Below the pieces are notes generated by a model that was given only the letters and a program-made list of their open reading frames with translations, was not told the origin of the DNA and made no database searches. A stretch of DNA of 64,000 nucleotides, from positions 4,526,001 to 4,590,000 of the forward strand of contig CM102286.1 in the NCBI GenBank assembly GCA_046563655.1. Reading direction: 5' to 3'. The position numbers and the translations under genes were made by a program. Shown here piece by piece: positions 1 through 12,000 of this stretch (the first letter of the stretch is position 1; each line of letters opens with the position of its first letter). This stretch comes from Yuukianura sp. NJ FZ-2021. Its lineage: Eukaryota.

Positions 1-90
1 GTCAGCAGTTTTCATGCACATCTTAGAATACAATCCATCACTCTGTTCTTTTTAATTCTAATTTTTGTTAAACTTTGTTATTTTTTTCAG

Positions 91-3000
91 ATCATCATCC
101 GAATCTCGGGATTAAATGTGCTCCTTATCACATCTTTCCATCCAACGTGGAAGGGCACTGGCGAGGACTTCGATTTGAAAATTCCCGCCACAGAGAAACT
201 TATAGCCACGACAACACCCTCAGAGTCAAGGAGTCACTTTCATCTCTCAAGTACGTCGATTTGTTGTACGCAGGCGTCGGAAATGGCTACAACGTCACTT
301 CAGCCATTGAGACGATTGGAGTTCCACCGTCAATGTCGTTCCTACGCGTTGAATACTCGGCGTTCAACGGCCTCAATGTCACGTACCCGTCGACAAGATC
401 TGCAATCCGAAATTCAACAATCAGCAACAATGCGGGTAAGGAAAATTTTGAATGAAAGGGTGCCAACCGGACCCACCTTGGTCCAGTGTAGCAACCCTCC
501 CGTAACCTCGGCAGTGACTCAAAGAAGGTGAAAGACGTGACCCTGGAATGCGTGCGACGATGAGTTTATTGCGCTGTTCGCCCTAAGGGTCCCTCTGGAC
601 CTCGGTGTTGGATACCAGGACTCGTCCACTCTTCAGCTCCTCCATCATGGTGGAAGATCTGGAGAGGAGACCTACTGACTCTCGGCTACTCTCCTGCTTG
701 ACTCTCTCCCTATCTACTAACTGCCCCGCTCTCCCGCACTCCTCTGCTACTTAAGCTTTCTCTCATGGTCAGGAATGTGACCATGAGAGGAAGCTGCCAA
801 ACCCAAAAGTAGCTCCTCTCACTCGGCCAACATAGGCTCGTGTGCAAAACCTTGAGTCAGTGTGCCAAATCTATGTGGGTAGTGAGGACAGGGTTCCGTG
901 GGCTAACCACGGGATCCTGACCTCACATTCCTCCCGCCAACACCGAATTCCTGGAAGGAATTCCCTTTCTTTACACAGCCTCAATGTTAGTTGTTAGCAA
1001 TGTATCCTATACTCAAAGTCACACATTTTTTGTTTTGATGCACACGACATGAAATAGCTATATAGTATTCTGATAACAATGTCTTATCGGATCTTATGCA
1101 GGAGTTGCTGCTAACATTGTGTTAATTACATACATATACATTACTAATAAATACACTAAACATCTATACATGACTACTTGTCGTTCGTATTTTTGTGTTT
1201 CTGTATTGCTTTTACGGGTCACACATATCTACATATACGCCAGGAAGGGTAGCATTAGTTGAAACAGAGGTAGCAATTTGCGTTACTTCGTAAAACTCAG
1301 TATTAATTGGGATGAAATCTCCAGTATGAGTGAGCGTCCAATCATCGTTGTCCGTATCTCGTGTAGCCGATTTGTTCCACAGAAGTAAGGTCGAAAGAGG
1401 GTAGTAACAACAATTTCGAGATGGGGGCAGAAAATCATAGGTTAGATTCAAATGTACGACGAGGTCACATGTTTTTTCTTGGGTATAGAACGTATAACTG
1501 TCTCCCCATACTAAATATGAATTAATTAATTCACAATGTCCAGGGCAAGCCGTAATAGGCTCTAAATTGTTAACATGAATAAACTTTTTCCTATTATAAG
1601 TTCCTTTATGCACACGAATAATTAGTTACAGAGCTGTAGGACGTGCCGGTCGAGAAATAGTAGGCGAATGTTCGATGTTGAGTTCCATAGATGGTGTCAT
1701 TGAGTTTTCGTAAGACACTGTCATCTGTACTTCGGAAGGGACTAACCAATCTATGGCATTCTGGGAAAGGGACCCGGCTCCGAGTCGTGTAGTACGTGTG
1801 TCCTGTGTGACCAAAGAAATAAACTGTTTTAGATTCGTATGAGATTTCCTTGATACATTCAAATGCCATGAAGATGTCGCCTGATGAAGATCAGTGGTAA
1901 AATTAAGGCATCAGTGGGATGAGTGGTACTACAATATTCATCGGGTTTGGTCAGTTGATAGGGCACTCCATGGTCCAGTGTGAGTTCTGCGCTGTAATGC
2001 TGATCGGGTATCGGTCAATTGACAATTTCTGGTGTTTCTTCCGGTTTCGGCGTAGTCCAATTAATACGAATCAGTTGTTCCATCAAATTTTTGTCATCAG
2101 TGGTCAATTTTTGGCATTTTGTATGTCAGGGCTCCTGTTTTAGGGTCATAGTGGTATAAGGGGTGATCTTCCTTGACCGACATGGATCCGATATACTGAC
2201 GGAATATTGCTTCCTCATTTTTAAGTTTCGCCACGATGACCAGCGTTGAGATGATGATGATGACTGTTATGAGTTGACGGATTCTAAGCTTCATGCTGTG
2301 TTCCTACAGCAATAATTATAAGCAGCACATGCTTCCTTATATTTTTAGTTTTGTTAGTCAATAATGTATAAACTTAACCTATGGTTAGTGAGTTACTTTG
2401 TAGTTTACATTACATTATGTTCAGTTTCATAATTTTTAAGCCATGTGGTCGTAGGCCGTGTCCTTTGGGGACTAATAGCTAGGGATGATTCGTGTTTAAT
2501 TGACCTTGCATGTATGTTATGAGCAATGTCAATTTGTTCTTCAGTCAATGGCGGGAAATTCAAAAAGCAAGTGTTTTAAATCCCGAATCTGATCATGAGT
2601 CAACGCTGTATTTCTGCACACGTATATATGTTCGATATGAGTTTGATACAATGCCTGTGGTAATTGATTTATGTCAAAGTCTGTTCTGGTTTCATCAATC
2701 TCAGAAGTCTCAAGTTGTAAAGGATGGGCGTGAGTAATATTTAGTTTACTTGCTTGTGCCTCCATTTCTGTGGACAAAACGGTACTTTGTGTATCAGTTT
2801 TCCTGTTCCATTTATTCAAAAATGGGGTAACCGTATGTATACCAATTTGATGTAAGACTTGTTTTTCATTGAACTCATTAGTGTCATCGCTACTCTCATT
2901 TTCTTCTCTCATAGAAATACTCACTTCTTCTTTGAATAGAGGAAGTGGCCTGGAACGGATTTCACCTCCTTTCCACTGAGGATCCGTTATAGAAGAAAGT

Positions 3001-6000
3001 GGTGTATTCCAGATCACTTTCTCCTCATGACCGGTCAGTGATGTGAGTATTATTTGTTTACAAAACTGTTGATTTATGCCTGTGTTTGGCTGAATCTCTG
3101 ACTCTGCGTACGGCTTAACCCTTTGTCTCGTGTTTAATTGCTCCTCTTTACTATTAGGAGTGTGATTCCCCCTATCACTCTCCTCCACCTGGGGTGGACT
3201 AAAAACTATTGGTTCTCTCTCTTGATCTCTGTTTCCTAATTCTACAGTAGCGATGTTAACCTGATTGAGTTCATGATTATTGTTGCCGGTAGTGCCCATA
3301 GCCAATACGGTGCTTCCCACCTTGATTGTCTTGTCTAAATAATTAATTTGAATTTTAGCTTTTTCAAGGAAATCTGCTCCCACTAGTGCTTTTAATATGA
3401 AGTCCTCAAGTACAAGCATTGAATGCAGAAATATTTCACTTCCAATTTGAATGGAAACATGAGAGCTACCAGAAGGTTCGATTGATTTGGTGGTAATACC
3501 AGACAATGCTATTTTTTGCTTTAACTGCTGAATATTATGCGGATTGATTAATTCAGATGATACTATGCGAGCACATGCACCTGTACCGAGTAAAATGGGT
3601 ACTTGCATTTGGTTAATAAAACCTGTAATTATTAATAAAGGACCCGTCCCTACTGTCAAGTTAACTATTGATGCGTATTGATGAAAAGTTGACTCATGAT
3701 CTTTTGGCGTATTCGTTAGGATAGTCGCTGCGGTAATCGATTTGTCATAAACAGATTGTGGTTTCGCGGAACATAATTCATACTTGGGTTGAATGGAGGT
3801 CGTTACTGAAATTGAGTCCCGGGGTAGCTTGACCTCTGAAAGTTCCCCCGAGTCCCATTTTTTGCATAAGGCTCCGGCTCCAGCTCAGTAACCGGCTCTT
3901 TCATTGCCACTAAGACTTGCAAATTTTTGACATTTTCCTCAAGGTCTGAAATTTCTTTGTCTTTAATAACGGTAGATTCAAGGGCGTATGTTAAAACATT
4001 GACATCGCGGTGATGCGCAATGATTTGATTGGTGTCTTCAATGCCTCGCCCTATTTTCAAAAATTCCTCCGTCGTTTTTGGGTTTAACAGAGATATTTGA
4101 CTCAAAAACGACGGTCTGGAGTTTTTTATGAGATACTTAACTCTTTTCTCCTCATTCATCGTTGGATCATATTGTTGAATTAATTTTAACAATTCATATG
4201 CATATTTCTCAATGCTTTCATGGATTTGTTGTTTGCGATCTTTATATTTCAATTCAGCGGCTAGTGAATCTTTGTTACCAAAAATGCGGATGAGGTCTGA
4301 TCGAAGTTGATTATACGTTATGGTGACGGCTACTCCTGCCGCTTCGCGTCTCAAGCGATCAATTTCTACAACCGCCCAGGCTTCTGCAGTCCCATCTAAT
4401 TGGCAGGTTAAAGTTATTGCCATTTTCCCTGCAGGTATGTCATTGGCTGCGCATGCAAGCTCAAATTTAGTTATAAACGTAAGCACATCTTCGCCTGACT
4501 CTCCTGAAAATCTAGGTAGCTTAACTTTAGCGGACATGGTTACAGGCTGCAATGCTAAAGCCAGTTGTCCTGTATTTACTGAATCGAATGAGAAAAAGGT
4601 TCGGATTGTACCTTGAAGGTGTTCTAGTATCGTTGGACAATGATACCTGATACCTGGAATTACTCCTTCCGGATTATTGTGAAGTCAAGTTTGGATTTTG
4701 TAAATTGCTGACTGTGTTTTACTGATTGATCCCGTAAAACCCTTGGAGGATTTGACAGAGTTATTGGTTCTGGATCCTAAAAATGCTGTGTTCGGGTATT
4801 TGAAACTTTTTCTAATGATTTCAATCCCATCCCTTTCGTTTTTTCTTAATGTCCCGACAAATTTCCATACTATGAGTTGGGTGTCAAACTTGCATGGATC
4901 CCCGAATCTCCTGTACATGCATGGGGATCGGATAAACTCCCGGTACACTTGCCAGCTTGGACATTATTGGTAGGCCACCCATTGAGGTCAGTAGGCCATC
5001 CCCGCCCTGTCTCCAGTTAGCCAACTCCTTCCCGCATTATTTTGGGCAAAACGACTAAAGAACCTTGCACGCGTCCTGTTTGTTCCATTTATTTGTTTGC
5101 CAATTCAACTTGCCAACTTTAAGTAGGGTAAAGTTGTGTTAAAATTAGAGAATATCAGTGCTGTGCAAAAAGTGGTATGAGCATTTTTCCTTTTATCGCG
5201 CGCTTCCTGGTTTTTCTAGTTGATCCTCGACCTATTTTTGGCATTCTACGCGTGTATGACCTGGATGTAAAATTATTTTTAAAAGAATGAAATCTTTAAA
5301 TAAATTGTACGCTTATTATTTTAAAATAACTAAAATAACAGAAATTAGCTAAGCCCAAATAAAACTCAAACCGTGTATATTTTATCCTTGATCTCGTTTC
5401 CCATGGCAACGGTAATGGTGGTTTCGTACTCCATAGGGTGTAGTATGCTACCATATATAAGTGCTCCGCTCCTGATGTACGGTACTCAAAATATGCATTA
5501 ATTAAAATTTATACCGTTTGATTTTTGTGAGGTTTGAACGAAAAAGATATTTTGTCAAATCTCCTATTTCCCATAGCAACCATATATACCGTAACCCTCC
5601 CCACTGACTGGGCCATCTACCTTATATACGTTAAAAGGATTTACTGTAAGGAACTGGAGATATTTAGTTTTGACTTTATAGATTTTTAAATGACAAATTT
5701 CGTAAAAATCCAAAGTAAATGTAAGCTGCCATTTCGCAAGCAACTGGTTTCGGATGGCTATGTCTGTATGGGAATCCAGTTTACGTAGTCCTGCTTTTGA
5801 ACGGTTCCATGCCATTATTTTAGCTAACTATGTTCAAAACCCAACGGCTCAAAAATTAGGGCGATAACCAAACCTAAAACACACATTGAACCTAATGTTT
5901 CTGAACCACTTAAGCTCCCGAACCAATTAATTTTTGAACCAGTGGCATGCTTACTTTTGAACCACTAGTCTGTAAAATTTTTGTTACTAAATCAGCTGAT

Positions 6001-9000
6001 TTAGTGTGAGAGTGGACACTGGGCTAACTAATGACAATGATAAGTGAATCGTTATTCTATGCTGTCCTCTAAGCCTTAAGGATGCAGGATCCATTATATG
6101 GCAGCCTTGTTATTGCTACAGTACCGTTTTACTATAACATGTGTTATTATATTGCCCTGTAATAGCTATCAAGATTAGAGGGTAACTCGTCATCTCTTGA
6201 AGAATTGAATTAAATGCCAGTGAGTACTTTTTACTAAGGAATTGCAATAAAGAAAAATGATTCAGAAAGTTTTAGATGATATTACATTGTTGGAACAATT
6301 GTTTCTCATCCGTTGACTAAGTCATTTGAAGGTACTTATTTAGTAGAAAATGTCTGCCGGATTGAAAATAAATTTGTTATAGTAGTAAAAGTTGAAAGAA
6401 ACATAGACTATGTTATTAGTCCTTGTCTGAAGGTATTACTCTGTCTGCCTATAGCCTTACTTCTCCCTGATGGATATACTCTCGCCTCTAATTTGACGTC
6501 ATTCTCGAGGCGTGAGTCTATCCACAGCAGAGTATAGTAACGGTTATATGCTGTGCCTAAACACAAAACGGAACCTTCCGCACATAGACTAACTGCACAG
6601 GACTGTGCTGTTGAGTTTTCCATTCCTGACCTTATTACATTTTCTAATTGAATTGTGTTCAGTATACCCTCATTTTCAAAATTCTCATCATGAATCCTTT
6701 ACAAATAAGTGTTTTTAACTTCGTAGTTCTGATTCAGAACTTTATGGATGGTGCAAGTTTTTACCCTCACTAAAGTTTTTACCTAACTAATACTACCAGT
6801 AACAAAAAGGCGCAGACGCAGTGTAGTTGGCCCTATAGCCGCTTATAATCAAGTTATTATTTTGCTTCATTTTGTACTTTTTGATACTAATTATATAAAA
6901 ATCTAGTACTTGTCAATGAGTACATTTCGTTCCCCATGATGCCTAATTACATTAGTAGTGAAATTGGTACCTGATAGAATGGTCCCCCTGCATCGGGCAC
7001 CAATGAAAGGGTGCCAACCGGACCCACCTTGGTCCAGTGTAGCAACCCTCCCGTAACCTCGGCAGTGACTCAAAGAAGGTGAAAGACGTGACCCTGGAAT
7101 GCGTGCGACGATGAGTTTATTGCGCTGTTCGCCCTAAGGGTCCCTCTGGACCTCGGTGTTGGATACCAGGACTCGTCCACTCTTCAGCTCCTCCATCATG
7201 GTGGAAGATCTGGAGAGGAGACCTACTGACTCTCGGCTACTCTCCTGCTTGACTCTCTCCCTATCTACTACTACTCCGCTCTCCCGCACTCCTCTGCTAC
7301 TTAAGCTTTCTCTCATGGTCAGGAATGTGACCATGAGAGGAAGCTGCCAAACCAAAAGTAGCTCCTCTCACTCGGCCAACATAGGCTCGTGTGCAAAACC
7401 TTGAGTCAGTGTGCCAAATCTATGTGGGTAGTGAGGACAGGGTTCCGTGGGCTAACCACGGGATCCTGACCTCACATTGAATATTTCATTTTTTTTAACA
7501 TTATTTAATAGAGTTACAAACATAGGGTTGAAAAATACAATAATAACAATAACAATAAAAGGCAAAGCACAAAGGAAAGCTGAAATTTGACGTTTGGGAA
7601 TGAGAATGTTTGAGTTTTTCTCTTGCTGAAAAACTGACAGGAGAAAGCTTCCAGTGCGAATTGTGTTTACCATGTAATTCGATAAAACAAAAAAGGTTTT
7701 TGGAAAGAGCCCGACTTACCTTTTGTTCATCTTTCATCTTAGAAACAGAGTCTGATCCTATTTCATTTGTGTTCTAGAAACTGTGTATAGCAAGACGATG
7801 TTGTTTTTCTAACGAAACTACTTTGTGTTTTACCCGAATTTTTAGGATTTGGAATCTACGTCAACAGTTCACTAACAACTTTTGAAATTGAGAGTTGCTC
7901 CATCGAGTCTAACGGAGCTGACGGAGTTCGATATGTTCTGCATGATGCAATTCCTGATCAAAAAGTGGATGGAATTGACCAGTTCGACTTCTGCACAATT
8001 CCTATGACAAATCAAATTTACCCGCTCCGGTTGTATTTTGAACAATTACACACTGCTTTCTCGGAGAAAGGATGCCGGAAGGTCTGAAATGATTTCTCAA
8101 AATTCAAGCAAACAAAAATATTGTTTCATGCTTTTGAAAATTCAAAATGTGAAAACTATTTTTGCTTTTAGAGATTCATTGTGAAGCCAGGCTATGTTCT
8201 AACAGTTCATTTTCCGTTCATGTCAAGCCAAGAGCCAGGAGGCGCAGAGTTCTTTGTGTATGATGGCATAGACTCAAGAGGAAACATGCTGGCGACAGTA
8301 TCTGTTCAAAATGAAACTTGGATTCAGTCAGTGACCTCTTTCAAAGACTCAATTTACGTAGAGGTCAAGGCAAAAGCACAAAACAGAGTACTTGTTTACA
8401 TGGACTTGGTCGCTGGAAAAAGTGAGTCATAGTGTATTTTTCAATATACTAAACATTAAATATAAATATTGAATATTTATACCAACACAATCTTCAAATT
8501 CCTAGTCAAAGTTTTTCTTATGCTGTCGAATTCAACAGCCTAAATTGGTTTAAGAAGTAGGAGAAAACCACAAGAAAGTGGCATTCCTTGTTTTTCGAAC
8601 AAAAGCCGATCTTCGGTCCTAATTTGCAATTTCGCGCTGAAAATTGGATTTGGAATTTCTAAAAGCACAGCGTGTTTTAACAATATGTTGTGGTTTTGTA
8701 GGCAAAGACTACGAATTCCGTCTCGCCAATTCCGTCGTGGGATCCAATAACGGTAGAGGTTTAGCCATAGAAAACATGCGGAGTCAAGTGATCGTTGAAG
8801 ATTCTACGGTTAAGGAAAACAGTCACATCGCTGGGATTCACGTTTTGGGTGGAACTGGGCATGTCAATGTAAGCCGTTCCAGCGTGATTTCCAATTTTGG
8901 TGATGGGATTAACATCACTTATGGTGGCGGATCCAGAAATATCTCCCGTTCCAAAATTTTGGCCAACACACAAAAGGGAATCAGCGTCTGGTTCAATGAA

Positions 9001-12000
9001 TCTTCAATTAAGTTGCCCATGGAACAGGAAACTGTTGTGGAATATTCGGAAATTGCTAGAAATCTACATGAAGGAATTTTCGTTGGAAATTTTTGTACAA
9101 ATGGAGTAGTGAATATCTCCGGAAATGTTTTTAGAGAAAGCAAGAAAACGGCTCTGGAAGTCTGGAGTTGTTGGAGTCCACTGCGAAGCAAAACTTTTGG
9201 AAATTTACTCAACCTGGAAATTGGTCACAATCGATTTACTGGAAACGAAGATTTTGGAATCAAGTTGAATCCATTGGTTAACGTTGATGGACTGATTGAA
9301 CACAATTACTTTACGGCAAATAGTGTCAAAGGCTGCCTCGTCATTGGTGGAATGGATAAAAAAGAATTGGAAATTTTACCATCAAAAGTTGAAGTGTCCA
9401 ATAACGTTTTTGAAGGAAATTCTGGATACTTTGTAGCATCTCTCGGCCTGAGCCATTTTTCATCTCGCCAAAAATTACTTTTTACTCAAAATTTTGTCCG
9501 TTTCAACCGAATTCAAGATCCGTCTCAACTAAATCCAAGAAGTCGTGCTCCAGCGCCTATTGTCATATCTTCAGCAAATGTTGACGTTTTTCGAAACATT
9601 TTTCAAAATCCAGATTCCAAGTACGAAGTGGCTTCGCAAATGGAAGATCAAAGTTTTGAGCTAAACTGTACCTACAATTGGTTCGGAGCGACTGAAGAGA
9701 AAATCATTTACTACAGAATTTTTGACAGAAAAGACAGATTCAATTTGGCCAAAGTCAAGTACATTCCATTTTTACTTAATCCAACAGACCCAAATACAGA
9801 AATTGCAATGACTATGGCTCAATTTGTACCGACTTTTGATAATCCTGAGAAGATGATTGGCGGAGAAATTACTGGAAGAGAAACGCTGACGGCTGGGGAG
9901 TATAGAGTTGTGCGTGACATTAGTGTCAGACCGGGCGGGAGACTTCAAATTTCTTTTGGTGTGACACTTAAGTTTTTGCCTTCGGTGGGAATCATGGTCG
10001 GTGGTCAATTTCATTCTGAGGGATACGGATATGGCGATGGAGAAATGGTCAAGATGACCTTGTTTGACCTCGGAAGAATGAATGCTACTGATGCTCCAGT
10101 TAGGCTAGTCGGTGGGAAGACGCGGAAAGACGGCAGACTACAAGTAATTTCGCACATGCTCATTCAATTTTCTGGTCAGTATTTTGCTAACTGCAGCGCA
10201 AATTCCTAATAACAGGTTCGAATTGGGGCCATTTGGGGATCAATTTGTAACTACGGATTTGACGCACAAGCAGCGGCAATCGCTTGTAGACAAATGGGTT
10301 TTGTTCTGAATCCATCTGATTGGCTGCTCGAAGGCTTTGAAGTTCCACAAGCAAGTCCATCGGAACAAATTCTGATGAGGTAAGTTTTTAAAAAAGTAAT
10401 TTAGAAAAGTTTGTTCTTAAATGTTGCTTCAATCTCTTCTGTTGTATTTTTTTATTTCAGCAATGTCCAATGTACTGAATATGACCATGATCTAACCAAA
10501 TGCAAAGCGGAAATGAGCGAAGACATTGAGAATTCATGCGCTTTGGATAACTTAGTTGGTATTCGGTGTTACGACACTTCGTGGGCTGGAATTCGAATGG
10601 CAATTACAGCAGACAAAAGCGTCATGAAATTTACGAGTGTTGAAAAAGCAGGACTTTTGGATCCTCATACAAACGAACACAAACCTGGTGAGATTTATGA
10701 ATGCAAAGGAAAAGATCGAGGAAACTAATTAGAAATTTCACTTTACTTTTTGATACAATTTTTTGAAGCAATTCAACTGGACTTTAGTCACCACGTCTTT
10801 AGTGACATTCAAGTTACGGACAATACGGGTGATGGACTTGGTGTAATTTACTCGGACATTTACTTTCCCGATGCTGTCAACACCGTGGAGAGGTCAGAGT
10901 TCAGCCGAAACTTGGGAAATGGACTGCTACTGCGCCAACTCGGTCTACATCTCAAAGGCACACAAAATTTCATAACACCTCAAAATTTTGAATTTAAATT
11001 CAAAAACAGTTTTCCTAAAATTCCAATTTTTTTTTATAGACTGTTCAATAGAAAATAACAAATTGGCTGGAATTCTGCACGATCCAGCCATTCTTCGAGC
11101 CCACCAACGTGAAATGGCTGGATGGGTCACCGTAGGAAAACGAGACAACATTGTGTACTTGCCAATGCGTGATCGAGACTTATGGTTAGATCCAGACGCT
11201 CACCGTTACCTCATCACCGGAACAGAATCTGATGCCAGTGAAGTGTATAACATTGTAGCCAAGGATCAGAACTACGTCATCTCCATGCAACTTTTGAATC
11301 CCATACACAATGAAAGTACCGAAAACGTATGGATCTACGATAGGATGGACATTCCAGCAAAAGAAGGCGTAGAATACTTCCATGACCTCGAAGTCTGGTC
11401 AGTTCGGCGTGACACCGTTTCGTTTCCAACTGCAAGCAGTTCCTATGGAATCACTCTTTGGATTAAAACTGGACCTAGACCGCGTGGAAATTGTATTTTG
11501 CTGGTTAGGGCAATTCGTGCTCCGGTGAATCGATTCGTACGCTCAGCATACTTACAAGGACCGCTCCCGAAACTTAAGGTTTTTGACACCAAAATTCGAA
11601 ACAATGGGCAAGGAATTGGAACGATTCATTACAATCGTAATGAAAATGAATACGGAGATTTGTATTTAAGAAAAGCCAACGAGTCAATTGAAGTGATACG
11701 GTCTGACATTTCCTTCAACCACGGAGAAGCAGTTCATGCTTACACGCCATTCAGAGAAATTTACGCTTCAAATATTTCTGAAATTACTTTCGTAATTAAC
11801 TCTACCACGATCACGGACAATGCCAAAGTCATTGTGCAGTACAGCAGGTAGGATGAACCTCAATTTTTCTCATTAACTTTGGATTTTCAAAAAAAAAAAT
11901 TTTTTTTGAAAGTTTTCTGATTTTTTTCATTTCTGGGATTTTTGCAGGGACCAACGAAATTCGAATAATTTGTTTCACTGGATCATGCGCGACGATTCAA

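Larger units (their letters stand above)
453..7476 (-). mobile_element. Non-autonomous Ty3/Gypsy-type LTR retroelement (gag, dead protease, pol deleted, env-like pseudogene)
   Basis: Direct repeats 453-927 and 7004-7476 with TG...CA ends; TTGAA on both flanks (448-452, 7477-7481); PBS and PPT oriented for the minus strand; gag and retropepsin ORFs inside. Confidence 0.96.

Noticed and set aside
118..531. 137-aa ORF and LTR ORFs (7134-7355, 7156-7404)
   Set aside because: Alternate-frame overlap with a bark exon or read-through of LTR sequence; no recognisable product.
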